The position numbers and the translations under genes were made by a program. Shown one piece after another: positions 23,347 to 32,000 of a DNA stretch of 32,000 nucleotides. Below the pieces are notes generated by a model. The model had not been told where the DNA came from and made no database searches. It saw only the letters and a program-made list of their open reading frames with translations. This DNA comes from Mesoplasma florum L1 (GTDB lineage Bacteria > Bacillota_I > Bacilli_A > Mycoplasmatales > Mycoplasmataceae): assembly GCF_000008305.1 (NCBI RefSeq), contig NC_006055.1:150001-182000 (forward strand), read 5' to 3'. The stretch's first letter is position 1. Every line of letters starts with the position of its first letter.

Positions 23347-23374
23347 AAAATGCGAGTTATTAATTCGCATTTTT
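23346..23374. terminator. Bidirectional intrinsic terminator shared by the convergent genes
   Basis: AAAAATGCGA-GTTATTAAT-TCGCATTTTT, perfect 10-bp stem with A-run and T-run on opposite sides. Confidence 0.85.
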
Positions 23375-25871
23375 ATTTTTTATAAAAGGCTTCAATTTGG
23401 TATTTAACATTTATTTCTTCTTGATCACTACTTGGAAGTAATAGTTTAACAACGTATGTATTATTAACTATTCCATTTTTATAATTAATTTCATATGTTA
23501 CGTGACTATCTTTTTTACTATCTCTGAAGTTTTCATAGCTAATCAATTTGGTTTTATAATGAATGTAATTTAAATCTTCTAAGTAAGATTGATTTTGTTT
23601 GTTATCAAAAATATCTGCTATAGTTTTTAAAATGTCATTTATTCCTGACATTATTCCAGTAATCAAATTACCAGTTTCATCGTTTCATAATGTCCCAATA
23701 GAATAAAGTATTGTTCCTGGTCTAAATTGATTATAGTCAATTACACCATTATCAAGTTCTACTCCAAGACCCATTATTCATTTAAGACCATCTTTATTTG
23801 TAAAAGTTCTTGTAGTTTTTAAACCAAACTTATTACCACCTGGTATTGTAATACTGATACCTGTATTATCTCTACTAGAAAGTGCTGTAGCTAATGCTAA
23901 GATGTAAGTATATTCCTTACCTTCTTCATTTTTAAAAATTAATTCTGGTGATATTTTGATTTCACCTAAAGTTTGAAGAGTGCTATTACTATTTACAATT
24001 TTAAATTCAGGATCTAAGAAAAGAGAAGTATCATTGAAAGCATCTGCAATGTTAACTATTTTCGGAGCAACACCTTTACCTAATAATGCAATTAAATAAC
24101 TTGTCCCTTTTGCACCTAGTCTTAATAAATCGCTAAGTTTTAAAGTTTTTGTTAATTGAATATCTATTATTTGTTTTAATGAAATTTTTGGTAATTGAAC
24201 AGGTAAACTATTTTCTAATCCGAAAATTTCCATTAATTTTCTTATGTCTGTATTAATTAAGTACCCTAAAAATTTATTTGTAAAAGGAGCTTCAGAATTT
24301 AACAAACTATCAATTATTGGTTTAACTTTAGTATTAACAGATGTTTGAATAGATGTTATTTGTTCTGCTAAAGGTTTATTTTTTATGAATGATCATTCTA
24401 ACAAGTTTTTTAATGAGTCATCTATTTGTTTTATAAATGTTTCAAAGAAATGATCCATATCAATACCTGTTAAAATAGAACTAATTAAACCTGAAACTAC
24501 TCCACCTATTTGTTCAGAACCCATCCCAATAGAATTTAAGAAATCCATTATTCCACCATCAGGATCAAAAGAAGCAGTATATCCTTTCACTAAACCATCT
24601 AGTGAAGAACTTAAAAATGTATTTAATGCTCCATTTTCTGTTTTACCATTTGAACCTCATTCACCAATTTTAAAATCTAATGTTTTACTTCCAAATTTAA
24701 TTATTTTAGTATTGAAATCAAGTTTTTGATTTTTAACAGTTATATCATCATCAACTTGGAAAAGTATTTTAAAAGTTCTAAGTAGTTTAAAAGATTCTTT
24801 ATCTTTTTCACCAGAAAATAAATCATAGATAAATTGCATTAAACCATCTACATTAGTTGAGTTAATAATTTCTTTGTCAATTTTTGAAGAGTTTACTTGA
24901 TGAATTACTTCTAAGTTAGTTTTATCAGTAGAAAATATGTGATTATCATCCAGCATTTCATCAGAATGTAAATTGTATTCATCAGCTGTAAAATTTTGAA
25001 TATATCAGTTTATTCCAAATAAGGCATTCATAAGTAGAGCTAAGCTTTGACTTGTAAAATTAATTTCAGGTTTCTCAGCATCCTTACTGTTCATTTTTTT
25101 AATTATTAATTTTCAAACACTAGAATTATGTGCATAATATTTTTCATTTATATTATCTTTATTTTCACTAATGACAAAAGGTTTTTCTATTTCAACGCTA
25201 AACAAGTTAGCAACAAAAGAAGTCAATTCATTTGAGAAATAAATTTTTAAGTCTAAATTAGTTTCAACACCTAATTTAATTAATTCATTGTAATTAGTAA
25301 CTTTAACGTCTTTCATTATTTGTAAACTACTTGAAATTTTAGGCATAACTTTTTGAATTGAAGAAATATTATCAGCTTTTAATGAATCTAATAATAAAGG
25401 CAATGCAGTATTTCATAAAGTTGGATCGAAATTCACACCAATTAATTTATAAATCTCATTGTAAGCTTTTTGGATAGTGCTTATTAATTCACTAGCACCA
25501 TTTCCAGTAGCTGGTCTATCGAACTCTTCTTTGCTATATACTTCATTTTTCATATATTCACTTGATTGTTTTGTATCTAAGAAAGTGTCAAATATTTTAG
25601 CCATAGATGTTGTATCTTTTGAATTACTTGTTAAATCCCCAACTTTTAACTTAGAAATATATTTATCAACTGATTGACCATTGTAATCTTCGGAATTGGC
25701 TAAAATAGCACCTTTAAAATAATTAGACGTTGAAGAAATTACTTCTGCTAATTTATTATCTATACTTTTTTGAATTGTATCTATATATTTACAAGATACT
25801 ACCGCCATTGCTGGTGTTGTTGCTAATGAAGCTGCACCAATCAAAGAAATTAATTTTTTCATTCCTACCAT
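23373..25871 (-). CDS. MOLPALP-like lipoprotein, 832 aa
   Basis: Track ORFs 25871, 25403, 24956, 24590, 24305, 23666 (minus) share one frame under table 4. N-terminus MKKLISLIGAASLATTPAMAVVSCKY has a lipobox (VVSC). Start may be 25862. Confidence 0.8.
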
Positions 25872-25881
25872 AATAAAATAA

Positions 25882-25910
25882 TTTTACACTTTTTGAAGCT
25901 TTTTTACACT
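25882..25910. repeat. Direct repeat TTTTACACT x2, 20-bp period, in the divergent promoter region
   Basis: TTTTACACTTTTTGAAGCTTTTTTACACT-like sequence upstream of both divergent genes; contains AAGCTT between the copies. Confidence 0.5.
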
Positions 25911-25935
25911 AAACATAGATGATTAATATAAAATA

Positions 25936-25941
25936 TATAAT
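25936..25941 (+). promoter_or_regulatory. -10 box of the second giant permease gene
   Basis: TATAAT in AAATATATAATATG, 33 nt upstream of ATG 25974; GGGG RBS-like sequence follows. Confidence 0.45.
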
Positions 25942-25973
25942 ATGTGAAAACACTTATAGTTGGGGAAAAAGGT

Positions 25974-28900
25974 ATGAAAATAACATGACTTTTATTTAAG
26001 CAAGGAATAAGAAGTATGTTCAAATTTAAGATTCAATTCATTGTGGTTGTACTGCTTTCTTTTTTTGCGTCTTTTTATTTGGCTTCAACAACAAGCTTAA
26101 ATTCTAGAATGAATAAGTCATATGATGACATTGTAAGAAATTATGAAAAATTTGATTATTCATATTCTACTAAAGCTAGTGAATCAAATTTATCAACATC
26201 AAATAAAACATTATTACCAATCCTGGACTTGATGCCTACTTCAACAAATTATTTTGTTCAAGCTAATAAATCAATTCATGATTCTTTTAATGTTGTTTTA
26301 AATAACCACGGAATTAAAACAGAAGGTTATGAAGAAAATTTAATAACAAAAACATTTTTTGATCAAAACACTGGTAAACCAACACAAGCTATGCAAAATG
26401 TTTGAAACGGTATTCCATGATATAATTCTTGAAAATTTTTCTCTCTTCTAAAATCTGATCCTAATAAAGGTGAGTTTTTATACTACCCACAAAGTTTTAA
26501 AACAAACTTTGGTTCTAATTTAGAAAATTTTGGTGGTGGTGACTACTTTAATGCATACGCTTCAATGACCTATTTAATAGTTAAAGAAATTTCAGATACT
26601 CTTTATAATGAATTATTACTTGATGAACCTAATGAATCATTTGTTCAATCTTTAATTTATAAATATTGAAAAGCAAATGATTTAAAGGTAGAAAAAGATT
26701 TTAAAAAAATTGATGCTCCAATTGATCTTAATCAAACAAATAATTTTGATTGAATTTCAGAATATAAAAAACAAGTATCTAGTTTAGGAGAATTCCAACT
26801 TTATATTTATAATGCTCTAGAATCAATAGGTTATTTTATAACATATCAAATTAACCAATTTTTAAGTAATTCTTATGCAAGAACTGCTAAATCAATTAAT
26901 TTTGATTGAAATATTGCTGGAAGCGATGAAGAAAAATCAAAACTTTATGTAACAAAATTTAATGAAATGGCAGAACAAACACAAGAAATGAAAATATTCA
27001 TGGAATTACATACATCTTCTGGTACTAGCGAAATTACTGGTAAAGATGGTGAAACTGTTGAATCAATTTCAAATTATAATAATGAACTAACTTTTGAATA
27101 TATTTTTGGAACAAACTTGGTTGATCAAACTTTAAATCCTAAGTTTACTGTTAAATATGGTAACGCAGAAAATACTTATCAAATAAAAGGTATGGATAAT
27201 CAAATAATCGGGAGTAATTTAGACGCCAAAAAAGATGGGTTAAGAGGTTTAGCTAACCCCACAACAATTAAAAAAGATGAAGAATACAATGAATATTCTA
27301 TTTCTACAATGAATTTACTAAATCCTTGAGAAAAAAATGATTTAAGTCAAAAATGAGAAAATCAAAATACAGGTAAAAAATATGACTATGAGTATGATGC
27401 ATCAAAATACGCAACAATGTATGATTGATCAAATATTTATTCAAATAATATTTTTCATCAAAAAATGGCTGCTGAAATAAATGATTTGGACTTGTATTTA
27501 AGAGAAGAAGCATTTATGTATGACAGAAATACAAAAACTAATTTTAGATTTGTTGTAACAGACAATAATTACGATTATAACTTCAAAGTTACCGCTGGTT
27601 TACCGGTTATGCATTCAAGTGAAATTGTAATTTCACAGCAATATGCATTTAAAAATGGCTATTCTGTTGGAGACAAAATAAAAATAGGAAACTCAAACTT
27701 TATTATTTCTGGTTTTGGTAGTGATGCACTTACATACTATCCACTTGTTGATCCTGAAGTACCTTTAAGTGACGTTGCAAACTCAGTTATTGTTTATGCA
27801 CCAAAATATGTAATTAACGAAATAATGAAGAATGGTAATGAAAAAGACGTAACATTTACAACTTATTATTTCATTAGAGATAATTTAAAAGATAAAGAAA
27901 CAATTGGCAAAAGAATGTCTAATTTTGATTCATCTCTTTTATCAAATAAATCAAAATTATCTGAAAGTTTTATAGACTCAAAGAATGAAAATTTAAGTTT
28001 TGGAGATAAAAAATCAGCAAATGAAATTAAATTATTTGAAAAAACATATTTTAACTTAAATTGAACACTACAACCCAAAATGTTAGAAATTGTGACAATT
28101 ATTTCAATTGTTACTTCTGTTCTTGTATTAATCATGTCATTTGTTTCAATTGTTTTTGGAATTAAAAAAACAATTGATCATAACTCAAGCCAAATTGGTT
28201 TCTTAAAAGCTAAAGGTGTAGATTCATACAGATTGTCATTATCATATATTGGTTATTCAATAATTTTATTATTTATAATAGTTCCGTTAGCATGATTGGC
28301 AGCAGGATTCTTTCAAGAAATAATTACGAAACTTTTTGCTACGTATTTTTCAACAACATTATATGAATTTGTGTTTGATTATAAAATTTTACTAATTCTA
28401 TTAGTTGTTTTTGGAATTGGGTCATTAATATTGAGTTATTTCATTGCGTTCTTACTAGTTTCAAAAGATGTTATGCAAATTATCAATAAAGAAAGCCAAC
28501 AAAGAAAAGTTAGAAATTGATTGCCAAGAAAATTAAATGTTATTAATATAATCGATTTCAAATTTAGATTCCCACTTAAAATATCATTAAGAGGTTCTAA
28601 ACAAATAGCTATGATAAGTTTTACAGCTTTAATTACAACATTTGTTATAACTTTCTCAGTGCTTACTCCTTCTATGCTTAACGTGTATATAAGAGATGCT
28701 GGAAAATACTATCAATATAATAATCAATATGTGATGCAAGATCAGTTAACTGGATTACCAACAGCTAAAGCTTCATTAACAGCGTCAAGAGGTTTACCTA
28801 CAACAGAAGAACTTTATCAAGAACCAAAAACTCTTTTAGGAACTTCAACAAGAGACCAAATATCTGATATTTACTTTGATAACAATAAGTATTACACAGA

Positions 28901-31418
28901 TTCAAGTTGAGATAGTAGTATATTCCCTCCTATTTTATTAGGTGAAGGATGAACAAATGGACAATGAACAAAAGATGAGTTAAATTGAACTGAAAAATGA
29001 ATATTTGATGAAAATTCTTCAACAAGAGATGACACATCAAAGTTACTAAAAATGGCAATGCCTGTAATTGGTCAATTAGGTAACTTAAACGGGATAACAA
29101 TTTCAGCAGGAGAATTTGAAAAAATATCAAGTTATATCTGAAATGCTGAAATAAATCCAAATACAGGAAAATCATATTTTGACGGTCAACAAATAAACCC
29201 GAATACATTACAAAATATTTGAGAAATGAAGAAGAACTCTGCAAAAGGAAGTATTGAATTTATTCAAATGGCTTTACAAGTAGCTATGCAATCTCTAGCA
29301 AATTCAGAAGATAATGGCCTACCTACTATTGAAAGACCAACAGACACAACTTGAAAAGAAGATTTAATTTTATTAGCGCTAGCATTTTTACCAAATGTAG
29401 GACAACAATACTTAAAAGATTCACCTAATAGAGCTTCTCAATTTGGTATTTCTATTAATGCAGAAAATTATACTCCTGGAATTGAAACATTATCTACAGA
29501 TGTATATACACAAATGAATAATAATTTTGTAAATGTAAATGGATTGAAAGATAACCAAACTGTTTATAATTTAGACTCAATTGATGATGATAAAGTGTTT
29601 ATTAAAGATCAAGAAACAATTGATAAATTAAATGTATTATTTAATGACAAAGAAAATTATACAGGTGGAGATATTTATCTAAATGATGATTTCAAAATAT
29701 ATGATTCAAATACAAAAGTATTGAATATACCTGTTGTAACTAATCTAAAAAGTTATAAACAACAAAACTTAAATAAATCAGTTCCAATTCAAGGAATGAG
29801 TTACAAAACTCTTTCAATTGGAGGAAAAGAAGTTCCTAAAAATGCTTGAATATATGACAATAGAGAAATAACAAATAATAAAAACTTATTTAGTAGTGAT
29901 TTAAATATGAAAAATGAAGAAGATTGAATTAATCCTTCAAAAATAGATCCAAATAAACTAACATATACTAAACAATTTAGATATGATGACAATGGAAATA
30001 TAACATCACTAAATGACCAATCAAAATGATTTATTAATAGTATTGTTAATGATCAATATAATATTGATGGTCTTGATTTTGAAATAAGACCATACTATCA
30101 CTACAATAACTTAAAATTATTTGTGCCTAGAAACTTAACTGATATAGATTCTCTTTTAAATGGAAAAAACGCTAACACAAGTAAAACATCAAAAAATAGT
30201 TCTAGTGATTGAAGATCTAATATTGATATATGACATGGTTCTGTGTTAAGTGTTGATGTTCCAGAAGAAGTAAAAAAAGCTTGAGGTTCTGAATATGCAA
30301 ATCAAACTGAATGAGAATGAATTTCACCATTTAGTTTAAATTACAGTAGAAAAATTACTGATCCTAACAGAAAAGGTTGAATTCAAAATATTGATACTGA
30401 TTTACAACAAATTTACACTTGAGCAAGTGACAAAATTGTCGCTAGTGGATCAAGTTCAGATGCAGTTGTTACTGTTTCAAACAAACTTCCATCATTTTTA
30501 AGTGATGTTAGAATGCAATCTGTTGATACTATTCAAACATACAACGGAAATATTGTTATTGCTGATCAAGATATTCTAAATTTATTAACAAATAAATCTA
30601 CAGAGAAATACTTGCCAGTAGATTATGATTTTTATGGTGCTCCAATTAAACAAATACCAAATGGGCAAATCACAAGTGGTGATCATACAATAACAGTTAA
30701 TTCAATGAGAAATCCAATAGAACAATTAAACATGATGAGAGAAAATAAAACTTTCTTCATGAAAGATGATTTAATGAATAAATATGAAATCACTGACCAA
30801 GAAGCGTATAGAAAAGTTCTACAGAATAGAGATTTCAACTCAAAATTCTCTTCATTTGATGAAGCTTATGGAATAACTGGTGGGGTTAAAGGGATTATGG
30901 TTGATTCTCCAGGTGTATTTGCTCTTCAAGGAAGCACAGATAGAATTGAAGAAACTTTAGGTATGACTTACAATAAAATTGATTTAGTAAGTACTCAATT
31001 GGGTATGATAATAAGCATTAGTGAATCTATCTTACTTGTTGCATTGTTCTTAATTACAGGAATTATAATAATTTCAGTGTTAATAATAACAATTATTTCT
31101 GATGTCTACATTATGAAATATCACCGATTCATGGTAACGATGAAAGCGTTAGGATATTCAAATAAAGAAACAATTATAAACACTATACTTATACCAGCTG
31201 TTATATCAACAATATTTGTATTGATTGGTTATCTTGTTGGTAAATGATTGTTAGGTTCAATGATGATTCAAGCTCAAAAATTCGGAATATTTATTCCATT
31301 GATAACTAATTGATGAGCAACACCATTAATCTTATTAGGTATTATAATTATGTTTGTACTAGCCTTTACTTTCTCTTTAAGAAAACCAATTAAAGATGAG
31401 TTAAAAACATTAACTTAA
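25974..31418 (+). CDS. Giant FtsX/MacB-like ABC transporter permease (1814 aa)
   Basis: Track ORFs 26016, 26967, 27465, 28080, 28296, 28521, 29514, 30513 share one frame under table 4; start MKITWLLFKQGIRSMFKFKIQFIVVVLLSFF; FtsX-like motifs FLKAKGVDSYR and TMKALGYSNKE. Confidence 0.88.
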
Positions 31419-31433
31419 TTAATAAAAAATTTT

Positions 31434-31460
31434 AAAACAGACTTTGTTCTGTTTTTTTTG
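31434..31460 (+). terminator. Intrinsic terminator after the giant permease
   Basis: AAAACAGA-CTTTGT-TCTGTTTTTTTT. Confidence 0.8.
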
Positions 31461-31505
31461 TTGTTTAACTCTTGAAACCATAAAACAAAAACATATAAAA
31501 AAGTT

Positions 31506-31511
31506 TATAAT
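31506..31511 (+). promoter_or_regulatory. -10 box upstream of ligA
   Basis: TATAAT 22 nt before ATG 31534, after the preceding terminator. Confidence 0.45.
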
Positions 31512-31533
31512 TATATAGATATAAAGGAGCATC

Positions 31534-32000
31534 ATGACTAAAGAACAAGCAAGCAAATTAATTAATGATTTACGATTAAAACTTAATGAATGAGCAAAAG
31601 AATATTATGTTTTAGATAACCCTAGTGTTGATGATGCTGAATATGACAAAACCATTCATCAACTTCTTGATCTTGAAAATCAATTCCCTGAATTAATAAC
31701 ATCTGATTCTATAACTCAAAAAGTTGGCGGAATTGTAAGTGATAAATTTGAAAAGCACACACATAAATATCCAATGTTAAGTCTTGGTGACATTTTTTCT
31801 TGAGATGAGTTCATTAACTTTAATAAACAAGTTGCAAAAGTTACAGGCACAGAAAACAATGAATATACTGCAGAACTAAAAATTGATGGATTATCAATAT
31901 CTTTAATTTATAAAGATGGTGTATTACAAAAAGGTGTGACTCGTGGTGATGGTAAAGTCGGTGAGAATGTTACAACAAATGTAAAAACAATTAAATCAAT
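31534..32000 (+). CDS. ligA: NAD-dependent DNA ligase LigA, N-terminal part (3' truncated by window)
   Basis: [32 protein letters not shown]..., [11 protein letters not shown], active-site [43 protein letters not shown]. Confidence 0.97.

Noticed and set aside
20287-29992. Opposite-strand ORFs in the accessory region (20287..20475, 22880..23068, 25477..25677 plus, 27304..27513, 27866..28135, 28930..29244, 29801..29992)
   Set aside because: Short, no RBS/family motif, and inside long table-4 ORFs on the other strand.
16496-31418. The many short same-strand ORFs as separate genes or a decayed pseudogene array
   Set aside because: All fragments of each block share one reading frame and are separated only by TGA, so each is one intact gene under code 4.
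1-32000. CRISPR arrays, IS elements, prophage, toxin-antitoxin or restriction-modification genes
   Set aside because: No regularly spaced repeats, transposase-like proteins, phage genes or R-M motifs seen on either strand.

Overview
AT-rich Mollicutes chromosomal window using translation table 4 (TGA=Trp), most like the Mesoplasma/Entomoplasma group by protein sequence. The supplied ORF track uses TGA as stop, so it fragments or misses many genes (rpsC, rplP, rplX, rplQ, secY, truA and the large surface-protein genes); I re-joined them by hand. 1..~16270 is a conserved S10/spc/alpha-type ribosomal protein cluster: rpsS(partial)-rplV-rpsC-rplP-rpmC-rpsQ-rplN-rplX-rplE-rpsN-rpsH-rplF-rplR-rpsE-rplO-secY | cdd-adk-map-infA-rpmJ-rpsM-rpsK-rpoA-rplQ | ecfA1-ecfA2-ecfT-truA. 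After truA there is a candidate structured small RNA with a strong intrinsic terminator (~16290..16438). 16496..31418 is an accessory surface-protein locus: giant FtsX-like permease (1429 aa) -> large secreted MOLPALP-like protein (846 aa), a shared bidirectional terminator, a convergent second MOLPALP-like lipoprotein (832 aa, minus strand), and a divergent second giant FtsX-like permease (1814 aa). ligA (partial) closes the window. The most interesting items are the unnamed small RNA and the paired permease/MOLPALP locus. I see no CRISPR, IS element, tRNA or rRNA, and no firm evidence of a wholly new system.
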